DNA of 64,000 nucleotides from Salinivirgaceae bacterium (GTDB lineage Bacteria; Bacteroidota; Bacteroidia; Bacteroidales; SZUA-534): NCBI GenBank assembly GCA_016284875.1, contig JAEEPS010000004.1, positions 11,785 to 75,784 of the forward strand, read 5' to 3'. Shown piece by piece: positions 8,533 to 16,322 of this stretch (position 1 is its first letter; each line of letters starts with the position of its first letter). The notes under the pieces were generated by a model. It saw only the letters and a program-made list of their open reading frames with translations, ran no database searches and was not told where the DNA came from. The position numbers and the translations under genes were made by a program.

Positions 8533-8543
8533 AGTTTCAGTCC
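8515..8543. repeat. 29-nt perfect direct repeat, copy 2
   Basis: It is identical to 7547-7575. It spans the stop of the DUF1016 gene and the start of the chimeric relic. Confidence 0.9.
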
Positions 8544-9664
8544 TCCCTGTTGTTTTCTTGAAACTCGGTTATCCACTCCTTCAGTTTGGATTGCAGAAGT
8601 GCCTTGTCGGGCAGATAGAGCGAATAAGCCGCGGCGTATATCTGCGCGTCTTTGGGCAGTGTAAGTTCCACAAGTGCATCGTTCTTTTCTTCGCAAAGCA
8701 AAATGCCGATTGTGGGCTTTTCAAAATCCTGCTTCACATAGCGGTCGTAGTAGTTGACATACATCTGCATCTGTCCCAAATCCTGGTGGGTGAGTTTGTC
8801 GGTCTTCAAGTCAATGAGCACATAGCATTGCAGCAGACGGTTGTAAAGCACCAAATCGACATAGAAGTTCTGTTCGTCGAAGGTGAACCGTTTCTGGCGA
8901 GCCTCGAAAAGGAAGCCTTTGCCCATCTCGAGAAGGAACTGCTGAAGTTTGCTGATAATGGCGTTTTCAAGTTTGCTCTCCGAGTAGGCTGTATCGGGTT
9001 TCAGCCCCAAAAATTCGAGTGTTACAGGATTCTTAATGACGTCAGAAGGTTTTTCTATGGTTTGTCCTTCGGTGGCCAGGCGCATAACCTCATCTTTGTT
9101 TCGGCTCAAGGCCAACCTCTCGTAGAGGCTGCTGCCCACCTGCCTGCCGAGTTGCTTTACCGACCAATGCTGTTGTGCCGCCTCAATCTCATAGAAACTG
9201 CGGGCTTCTATGTTCTCAATTCGCATCAGCACAAGATAGTGCGACCAAGAGAGCGTGAAGCGGGGCAACTGAATTGTGGCAACAGCGTTGCCCCAATTTG
9301 TATTCTGCTCATTTTCAGTAGTATTATCAACTCCTTTCAATTGGGGCAATGGCGTTGCCCCAATTGTTGCATCTGAGTATGACTGATAAAAATATCGGCA
9401 GCGTTTCAATGTATCGTAAGTCCAGTCGTCGCCGTAACGGCTCATCAATCTGTCAGAAAGATTTTTCAGCACCTGCTTTCCGTATGAAGCGCGTTCGCCT
9501 TGCTGCTCGTCTTCGAATATGAACCTGCCAACTTCGTAACGAGTCTTCACCTCCGCCACCTTAACCGAACTGGCAACAAACTGCCTCGACTGCTCAATCA
9601 AGCGGGCAATCTTTTCAAACAGTATTTCTTCTCTCCGCTTTTCTATTTCGTTGTTGTTCGCCAT
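8537..9664 (-). CDS. DUF1016 / YhcG-family PDDEXK nuclease domain protein
   Basis: Motifs seen are LSWSHYLVLMRI, FYEIEAAQQHWSVKQLGRQV, NPVTLEFLGL, FLLEMGKGFLFEARQKRFTF and YVDLVLYNRLLQCYVLIDLKTDKLTHQDLGQMQMYVNYY. The ATG at 9664 lies 4 nt after the hsdM stop. Confidence 0.85.
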   Translation of the reverse strand: MANNNEIEKRREEILFEKIARLIEQSRQFVASSVKVAEVKTRYEVGRFIFEDEQQGERASYGKQVLKNLSDRLMSRYGDDWTYDTLKRCRYFYQSYSDATIGATPLPQLKGVDNTTENEQNTNWGNAVATIQLPRFTLSWSHYLVLMRIENIEARSFYEIEAAQQHWSVKQLGRQVGSSLYERLALSRNKDEVMRLATEGQTIEKPSDVIKNPVTLEFLGLKPDTAYSESKLENAIISKLQQFLLEMGKGFLFEARQKRFTFDEQNFYVDLVLYNRLLQCYVLIDLKTDKLTHQDLGQMQMYVNYYDRYVKQDFEKPTIGILLCEEKNDALVELTLPKDAQIYAAAYSLYLPDKALLQSKLKEWITEFQENNRED

Positions 9665-9668
9665 AGCA

Positions 9669-11477
9669 CTACTTTCCAAGTATCTTGTTCATCAATTCGG
9701 TCTCCTTCGCCTCCAACTCTTTGAGGTGGGCGAAGATATTGTCGCTCGACTCCAAAGGCACGTATTTGTAGAACTCGCGTGTGAAGGGGATTTCGTAGCC
9801 CGTCTTGGTCTGCTTCTCCACAATCTTGGCCTTGGGCTGGAAAGGCAGCACGTTCTTCTGCATATACTGCTGCACATCGTCTTTCCACGGGATAATCTCG
9901 GTGTCTTTCTCGAGTTTGGCTTTCGCCGATTTTGCTGCCGATTTGTATTCGGCCTGCGGCTCGGCGGCCATCGCGTAAGCACTGTCGGCATTGGTGCTGT
10001 CGCTGGTGGCGGCTGGGTATTCGACAGTGATTTTGCGGTATTTGAAGTCGTCGTTGTCCTTCACCTTGCTCTCCACGGCCAGGTCGCCGCTGGTGTAGGC
10101 GCCGTCGGCAAAGGCGTTGTAGGCTTTCATTATGAGGGCAATGCACTCCTCGTCGAACTCGTTGCGCTTGTTGCCCAAGGGCTTGCGGCGCTTCACACTG
10201 CATTTGCTGGCGTCAATGAGTTGCACCTTGCCTGCGCGTTTGGCCGATTTGTTTTTGGTGATTACCCAAATGTAGGTGGCAATGCCCGTGTTGTAGAACA
10301 TATCGTTGGGAATCTGCACAATGGCTTCAAGCCAGTCGTTCTCGAGCAAGTAGCCGCGAATGTTGCTCTCGCCGCTTCCCGCATCGCCTTTGAAAAGTGG
10401 CGAGCCGTTCTGAATGATAGCCATACGGCCGTTGTCTTTGAGTTTGGCCACGCCGTTGAGCACAAAGAGTTGCTGGCTGTCGCCAATGGCTGGCAGGCCT
10501 GGTGCGAAGCGTCCGTACTCGCCTTTGCGGTGCTCGTCCTCCACTTTGGCTTTCTCGTTCTTCCACTCAATGCCGAAGGGCGGATTCGAGATTATATAGT
10601 CGAAGGTGAAGCCGTCGAACATATCGTTTGAGAGGGTGTTGCCGTGTTTCATATTCTCGGCGTCGCCGCCTTTGATAAGCATATTGGCTTTGGCAATGGC
10701 GAAGGTCTGCTCGTTGAGTTCCTGCCCGAACTCGGTGAGGCTGGCGTCGGGGTCAATCTCGTGCAGTTTCTCCGAGAGGCAGTCGAGCATCTGCGAGGTG
10801 CCCATAGCCATATCGTAGAGGGTGGCGGTAATGCCGTCGTCGTGCAGACTGGCTCTCTTTGGCGCCACCAACAGTTCGGCCATCAGGTAGATAATGTCGC
10901 GTGCGGTGAAGTGCGCTCCCGCCTGCTCGTCGTAACTTTCAGAGAACTTGCGCACCAACTCCTCGAAAATGTAGCCCATATCAACTGCCGTAATGGCATC
11001 CAAACCCATATAGGCTTTCTTTGAACAGAACTCCTGAATCACATTGTAGAGGATTCCATTGTTGTCGAGTTTGGTAATCTCTTTGTCGAAGTCGAACTTC
11101 TCGAGAATGTCAATCACGTTGTTCGAGAAGTGGTTCAAGTACGAGCGGAAGTTGTCGGCAATGTTCTCGGCATCGGACAGCAGCCCCTCGAGAGTGAATG
11201 GCGAGAGGTTGTAGAAGTCGAACCCCGAGGCCTTTGTGAGGAAGCCCGCCTTGACGGCCAGTCCGCGCTTGTCGAGTTCGGCGTTGGTGTCGAGCACCTT
11301 CTGCTTGGTGGGCGCCAGCACATCGCTGAAACGCTTAATGACGCACATCGGCAGCACCACGTTGCCGTACTCGTGCGGCTTGTAGGTTCCAACAAGTTTG
11401 TCGGCAATGGCCCAAATAAGGTTGGCTTTCTCTTGTATATTGACGGTTGTCCGCTTCTGCAATTCTTCCGTTGACAT
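9669..11477 (-). CDS. hsdM: Type I restriction-modification N6-adenine DNA methyltransferase (HsdM)
   Basis: An HsdM N-terminal domain is present (LIWAIADKLVGTYKPHEYGNVVLPM). The catalytic NPPF motif is seen as IISNPPFGIEW. Confidence 0.95.
   Translation of the reverse strand: MSTEELQKRTTVNIQEKANLIWAIADKLVGTYKPHEYGNVVLPMCVIKRFSDVLAPTKQKVLDTNAELDKRGLAVKAGFLTKASGFDFYNLSPFTLEGLLSDAENIADNFRSYLNHFSNNVIDILEKFDFDKEITKLDNNGILYNVIQEFCSKKAYMGLDAITAVDMGYIFEELVRKFSESYDEQAGAHFTARDIIYLMAELLVAPKRASLHDDGITATLYDMAMGTSQMLDCLSEKLHEIDPDASLTEFGQELNEQTFAIAKANMLIKGGDAENMKHGNTLSNDMFDGFTFDYIISNPPFGIEWKNEKAKVEDEHRKGEYGRFAPGLPAIGDSQQLFVLNGVAKLKDNGRMAIIQNGSPLFKGDAGSGESNIRGYLLENDWLEAIVQIPNDMFYNTGIATYIWVITKNKSAKRAGKVQLIDASKCSVKRRKPLGNKRNEFDEECIALIMKAYNAFADGAYTSGDLAVESKVKDNDDFKYRKITVEYPAATSDSTNADSAYAMAAEPQAEYKSAAKSAKAKLEKDTEIIPWKDDVQQYMQKNVLPFQPKAKIVEKQTKTGYEIPFTREFYKYVPLESSDNIFAHLKELEAKETELMNKILGK
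9715..9770. repeat. 56-nt perfect direct repeat, copy 2 (inside intact hsdM)
   Basis: It is identical to 8465-8520. Confidence 0.9.
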
Positions 11478-11605
11478 AGTTCATCTATTAGTTAAAACGA
11501 AAGTGCAAAATAGGGAAAAAAGCGGTGCGGGGAATTGAAAAATGTGAGAGGAGGAAGGATTTTTTTATGGAAGGGCAGCGCTACAATTCTCGGAACGATT
11601 CTTGT

Positions 11606-11833
11606 TCAGGCACCAGCCTTTTCTGTCATATCCCGATATAAGTCGGCAGGACCGAGGTGCCACAGTTTTGTCTCTTCCTGCTCCATATGTTTGTAGGTGT
11701 CTGACAGATACACTGCTTTGATAGCATCGATAAGGCTGACATTGCTGTGCTCCTGCACAAAACCAGCCATTCGGCTCACCTTCGATGGCAGCAACAAGTA
11801 CAAGTTCTGCTGGGTTATTTCTCCAATCATCAT
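11606..11833 (-). CDS. Small DUF3791-like protein (second copy)
   Basis: This is a 75-aa ORF overlapping the DUF3990 stop by 4 nt. Its size and position match the small partner genes that flank DUF3990. Similarity to the first copy is weak. Confidence 0.55.
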   Translation of the reverse strand: MMIGEITQQNLYLLLPSKVSRMAGFVQEHSNVSLIDAIKAVYLSDTYKHMEQEETKLWHLGPADLYRDMTEKAGA

Positions 11834-12321
11834 ATCCTTATCTCCTTTGCTTCAGCAAATATAATGCTTTTGAGCGAACGCGCAGTATGAAACAGATATT
11901 GGTCGATGAGTGAATATGTGCGCAGTTCTGCAATTAGCGCCTGTTTACCTATCACGCCACCCTCATACAATGCGAAAGCCGCATACACACGGTCGTTAGC
12001 CACAGGTCCATACACTATATCATAGTCGTGAGTAAATCCTTCCTGCATACGATTTGCCATCACAAAATCAACCCATTCTTCGGTGGGAGCCTGAAACGAT
12101 ATTGTTTTTAGTGATTGCATTGCATCGGTATCAAACTCATACACATTCACATAGCCAGTGTCCACTTTGTTTTCTTTCATACGCCGCTGCACCCACCGCA
12201 ACACTTGGTCGTACGATGTGGTTGTGTAGAATCCGTTTCCATAATCGAGTGTGCGCTTTGCTACTCTTATTTCAGGATTCTCAACCTTCTCTATGCTTCC
12301 GTGGTATAGTTTGATTTTCAT
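11830..12321 (-). CDS. DUF3990 domain protein (possible ART-fold)
   Basis: The N-terminus reads MKIKLYHGSIEKVENPEIRVAKRTLDYGNGFYTTTSYDQ, typical of DUF3990. It has 4-nt overlaps with both neighbouring small genes. Confidence 0.75.
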   Translation of the reverse strand: MKIKLYHGSIEKVENPEIRVAKRTLDYGNGFYTTTSYDQVLRWVQRRMKENKVDTGYVNVYEFDTDAMQSLKTISFQAPTEEWVDFVMANRMQEGFTHDYDIVYGPVANDRVYAAFALYEGGVIGKQALIAELRTYSLIDQYLFHTARSLKSIIFAEAKEIRI

Positions 12322-12542
12322 TTATTTTTCTTTTCTCTGATGCCAATATACTCATCAATATCTTCAAGTATCCACTGACAACTCTGTGTATGCAGTACAT
12401 CGTAGTTGTCTTCCAGATAACCGAGCACGCCAAATTTGTCGAGTTTCAGCATAGCCTGCTCGCCAGTCAGTTTTTTGGCATTCTTGTATTGCTCAATGCA
12501 GAACGATACAAAATAGGCAATGTCTTGCTCTCTGCTGCTCAT
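12318..12542 (-). CDS. DUF3791 domain protein
   Basis: The 74-aa sequence IAYFVSFCIEQYKNAKKLTGEQAMLKLDKFGVLGYLEDNYDVLHTQ matches the DUF3791 pattern. It lies directly upstream of DUF3990. Confidence 0.7.
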   Translation of the reverse strand: MSSREQDIAYFVSFCIEQYKNAKKLTGEQAMLKLDKFGVLGYLEDNYDVLHTQSCQWILEDIDEYIGIREKKNK

Positions 12543-12592
12543 AGTTGGTGTATTATCCGAACACTATTTGTTTTTGCAATTATAGCGATTTT

Positions 12593-12736
12593 TCATTTTT
12601 GATGTTTATTGTTAAGCGAGTTCATCGAGGTTTTGCGTGCATCGTTCATAATATCAATGTAGGGTTTCATACGTATTCTAGCACTGTCGCTTTTCTTGAA
12701 TCTCGAATCGAGTATAAATCTAATCTGATGCTTCAT
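12593..12736 (-). other. 47-codon ORF: either a leader gene of the DUF3791/DUF3990 operon or a relic of an integrase N-terminus
   Basis: My translation is MKHQIRFILDSRFKKSDSARIRMKPYIDIMNDARKTSMNSLNNKHQK. The IRFILDSRFKKSD..IRM pattern resembles the arm-binding N-termini of Bacteroidota tyrosine integrases. The ORF is too short to be in the ORF track. Confidence 0.2.
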
Positions 12737-12982
12737 TTTGCGTTATTATTTAATTTATAATTGTACTGACATTTTGCTTACATTTTCCTTCAAATGGGAT
12801 TTGTGCAAATAAGTAATTTGGCGTTGGAAATATCATGTAAAATATTGATATACAGTTGTTTTTGTTGATTATTTAGAAAGGATGGTTAGATAACCGACTC
12901 CGAAGACTTAAATCTTTCCTTCAATTAATTTAGAATTACTTTCTAAATATTAAACAATTAAGTATGTGATATAACAATCGAT

Positions 12983-13318
12983 ATGGAACTTACAATCAAT
13001 CAGGCGCAACAGCAAGTTGACGAATGGATAAAAACCTACGGAGTGCGCTATTTCAGCGAGTTGACAAACATGGCTCTGCTCACCGAAGAGGTGGGCGAGT
13101 TGGCGCGCATTGTGGCTCGCACTTACGGAGAGCAGTCGTTCAAGGAGAGCGACCGCCAGAAAAACCTTGCCGACGAGATGGCCGATGTGCTTTGGGTGCT
13201 TATCTGCCTTGCCAACCAAACAGGCACCAACCTGACCGAAGCCTTTGCCCGCAACATCGAAAAGAAAACCCAACGCGACAGCGAGAGGCACACCAACAAT
13301 CCGAAACTGCGAGGGTAA
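12983..13318 (+). CDS. MazG-like nucleotide pyrophosphohydrolase (small, YpjD-type)
   Basis: The EEVGELARIV ... LADEMADVLWVLICLAN motifs are typical of all-alpha NTP pyrophosphohydrolases. Confidence 0.85.
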   Translation: MELTINQAQQQVDEWIKTYGVRYFSELTNMALLTEEVGELARIVARTYGEQSFKESDRQKNLADEMADVLWVLICLANQTGTNLTEAFARNIEKKTQRDSERHTNNPKLRG

Positions 13319-13340
13319 TAACCAACCAAAAACACAAAAA

Positions 13341-13371
13341 GATAGGGACAGAAAAATATCTGTCCCCTATC
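13341..13371 (-). terminator. Hairpin between the convergent mazG-like and blaR1-like genes
   Basis: The arms are gatagggacag and ctgtcccctatc (11 bp with one bulged C). An A-run on the plus side gives a U-tract for the minus-strand transcript. Confidence 0.5.
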
Positions 13372-13414
13372 TCCACGGTAACTAGTCGTTGATATTTAGT
13401 ATGAGTTTGCGCAC

Positions 13415-15763
13415 TCAGTCTTTCAGGTATTTCGCATACGAATCGTGGCGCATCTTGGCGACCTTAACCATCGGGTTGCTCAAAATTTCATCCGAATAAA
13501 TGGTGGAGTCAACATCTACATAAAATTGAGTCATATAATACAACGCACTGCCAAGTTTGTCGGCATTTTGGCTTAGGTATTCTTTCAAGACTGACTCTGA
13601 CTCCTCATCATCGGCATGCTTTTCACTCACTTTGCGGAACATTTTTTCGGTTTTGCTCCATTCCTTATAAACATCGCCCGTGCCAGAATATTCAAAATCC
13701 GGATCTTCGTGGTTCTTAATAAATTCCAAATCTTTTAATGTCAATGAGAATTTGGCTTTTTCGCCGGGAATAAGTGGTATTGGGAACTTTAAAAGCGTAC
13801 GATCTGTTGTTGCTTGAATCAATGCCATACAAGGCTCCGTAAGATAGCCGCTGAATGTGGCTTCACCGTTCTCATCGAGGTCAAAATCGGCAATTTTGTT
13901 GCTTTTTTGACCAATACCGGTTTCCATAGCCACAAGTTGGAATACCCCCATCCTCCCTTCGGTTTCGATTTTTAGGGACAGTGTGAAATTCGGATCTTTC
14001 CCGGCATATGGGGCCTCTCTGATGCCTTTTGCTTCCACCAATGCATCATAAATTGCATTGATATTATTCCCATTTTCATCCGTCAGATTGTATGGCACCG
14101 ATGCCTGATGTGTATGTATCAAATTAAAACTATTCACACCTTTTGGCAGCGGCTCGAAAGCGTATTCTGTACCGCGGACAAACCGCTGATAACGGTTGGT
14201 GATGGGGTTAATCTCCTCAATGAACCGATAGGTGTTGCCAGAGGAATCTTGCAAGAAATAAGTGTCATTCAAGCCTCTCTGGTACTCCCACTGTTTTTGA
14301 GTCAGCGTAATGATTGTACGGTTTTCGCAGAAATCAACTTTTTCAACCGTAAAAAGGCTACTACAAAAATCATCAATGACATCAGTCCACGAATGATAGC
14401 AGCCTTCGGGCTTAGGCTCGTCGGCATACATCTGCCTGCGCAATTTACGCGCCTCATGGTTAATCCTCGTCTGATAATTAGAATAAGTATGCTGCGACGT
14501 TGCAAAACGTGAAAAACCGTTACGCGCTGACAATCCGAAAGTTGCGCCGGGTGCAGCAAAGGTTTCTATCCATTCCGAACTGACTTCTCCTCCATAAGGA
14601 ATGCGTTGAATGCGGCAGACTGTCAACCGGTCAAGGTCGGTCTCAAAGTGAAACTTATTGTCAATCACCGGAACGCAGGCCACTGGAGTGTCAACAATGT
14701 TGTAATCTTCGTCGGCAAAATAGATTAGGTAACACGAGTCGGTGAGGACAGAATCGACTTCGCCCTCAATCACAAACTTCTGACTGACAGTGGATTTTGA
14801 AGGTTTGGTTTTGCAAGCCGTAAAAGTAAAAACGCAAAACAGCCCGGCTATCCACACAAGCGTGACAATCTTTGCCATGCGGCTCAATGTTCCAACGGCT
14901 GTCGATTTCATCTCAATGAACCTCTGGCGGATAAACGAATGGTTGAAGCCGCTCACCACAGGGCTCGAAACGTTCATTACCATTTCCAAAAGCGCTGTCT
15001 GATAGTCAGTTATATTGACATGTCCGGCAATCACATCGTGATCAGCCTGAAACTCATGCACATTGCGCAGTTCGCTGCGGCAGAGCCACACAAACGGGTT
15101 AAACCAGAACAGCCGCGTCAGAAACTCAATGAACCACACGTCGGCATAATGGCGGTGGGCGATGTGCGCCTTCTCGTGTCTGATTATCAGGTTTTCGCGA
15201 TGCTCGTTCAAGCCTGCCGGCAGAAAAATGGTGCGGGCAAACGAGAAGGGCGTCTTCACTAGCGTCGAGCGGATGAGTTCATATCCTTCTGCGGTGGATT
15301 CAATCTTCATTTTCGATTTGATAACCAGCACCTTGCGTATCTGCCAAAAGACCAGAAGAAGCATAATTAGAGATATGGCCGACAGCCCCCACTCAAGCAC
15401 GGCGTACCAATTGATGACAATTGTGCTCTTTGCTGCCACCGGTGCCGCTGGCTCCTCAACAGCAGAAACAACGGGCGCTTTAGATTGCGCCTCTTCGGTT
15501 TCGAGCATCGAAGCAACCATAACGGGCTTGGCATTTGCATCATCGAATGTGAACGTGAGCGGCTCAAACTGCTCGGCAAAAATCTCCGTTGCAGCAGGCG
15601 TGTAAACCTCGAACGACAAAACACTCATCATCAGGCTGACAACCGGCAACAGCAGCAGATAGACTCGGCTAACTGAATAACTGGCCTTTCCGCGCAGCAC
15701 AATCCGATAGAACGCAAACAGCAGCGCCGCCGAAGCAATGAATTTCAAGAGAATAGTAATCAT
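13415..15763 (-). CDS. BlaR1/M56-family membrane metalloprotease sensor, 782 aa
   Basis: It has multiple N-terminal transmembrane segments and an HExxH motif in IIRHEKAHIAHRH. It lies downstream of a BlaI-family repressor gene. Confidence 0.85.
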   Translation of the reverse strand: MITILLKFIASAALLFAFYRIVLRGKASYSVSRVYLLLLPVVSLMMSVLSFEVYTPAATEIFAEQFEPLTFTFDDANAKPVMVASMLETEEAQSKAPVVSAVEEPAAPVAAKSTIVINWYAVLEWGLSAISLIMLLLVFWQIRKVLVIKSKMKIESTAEGYELIRSTLVKTPFSFARTIFLPAGLNEHRENLIIRHEKAHIAHRHYADVWFIEFLTRLFWFNPFVWLCRSELRNVHEFQADHDVIAGHVNITDYQTALLEMVMNVSSPVVSGFNHSFIRQRFIEMKSTAVGTLSRMAKIVTLVWIAGLFCVFTFTACKTKPSKSTVSQKFVIEGEVDSVLTDSCYLIYFADEDYNIVDTPVACVPVIDNKFHFETDLDRLTVCRIQRIPYGGEVSSEWIETFAAPGATFGLSARNGFSRFATSQHTYSNYQTRINHEARKLRRQMYADEPKPEGCYHSWTDVIDDFCSSLFTVEKVDFCENRTIITLTQKQWEYQRGLNDTYFLQDSSGNTYRFIEEINPITNRYQRFVRGTEYAFEPLPKGVNSFNLIHTHQASVPYNLTDENGNNINAIYDALVEAKGIREAPYAGKDPNFTLSLKIETEGRMGVFQLVAMETGIGQKSNKIADFDLDENGEATFSGYLTEPCMALIQATTDRTLLKFPIPLIPGEKAKFSLTLKDLEFIKNHEDPDFEYSGTGDVYKEWSKTEKMFRKVSEKHADDEESESVLKEYLSQNADKLGSALYYMTQFYVDVDSTIYSDEILSNPMVKVAKMRHDSYAKYLKD

Positions 15764-15864
15764 AGTTGTGTGGTGTTTTCGTGGTTAATTGATTAATCGG
15801 TGAACTGGTGAATCGCTGAACCGAGCATTCGATTATACGATTATCCAGTTATCCAATTCAACAT

Positions 15865-16236
15865 TTATTTGTCTTTATTCATCTCCTTCAGAATCTCCTC
15901 AAGTTCCTCGCGGCTGATTTTCTCGCTTTTGGCAAAGAATGAGAAGAACGAACGCATTGAACCGCCGAAAACATTGTCGCAGGCGTCGTTCATAAAGCCT
16001 CCAATATACTCGTCGCGGCTCAAAACCGGTTTGTAAACATATGCCTTTCCCACTCTGTCGAAATCAACTATTCCCTTCTTGGTCAGAATCTGCATAACAG
16101 TGAGCGTGGTGGTGTAAGCTGGTTTCGGGTTTTCCAACAAGTCCTGTATCTGCTGCACTGTTGCTTTTCCTTTGTCCCACAAAATGTTCATCAGGTGAAG
16201 TTCCGCTTTCGTAAGCGATTTGTTGTCTTTTTTCAT
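15865..16236 (-). CDS. BlaI/MecI/CopY-family transcriptional repressor
   Basis: The 123-aa winged-helix protein shows LTKAELHLMNILWDKGKATVQQIQD. It forms an operon with the M56 sensor. Confidence 0.9.
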   Translation of the reverse strand: MKKDNKSLTKAELHLMNILWDKGKATVQQIQDLLENPKPAYTTTLTVMQILTKKGIVDFDRVGKAYVYKPVLSRDEYIGGFMNDACDNVFGGSMRSFFSFFAKSEKISREELEEILKEMNKDK

Positions 16237-16322
16237 GTTTGTAAATTTTTAAATAAGTAGTACGACAAAAGTAGTAACATTTTTCATACGTGCAATAGGG
16301 ATGAACATTTTTTTCAACCTTC

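Noticed and set aside
12545-12760. A 71-aa plus-strand ORF in the AT-rich intergenic region.
   Set aside because: It has implausible composition (Phe/Ile/Asn-rich) and no start context, and it lies antisense to the more plausible 47-codon minus-strand ORF.
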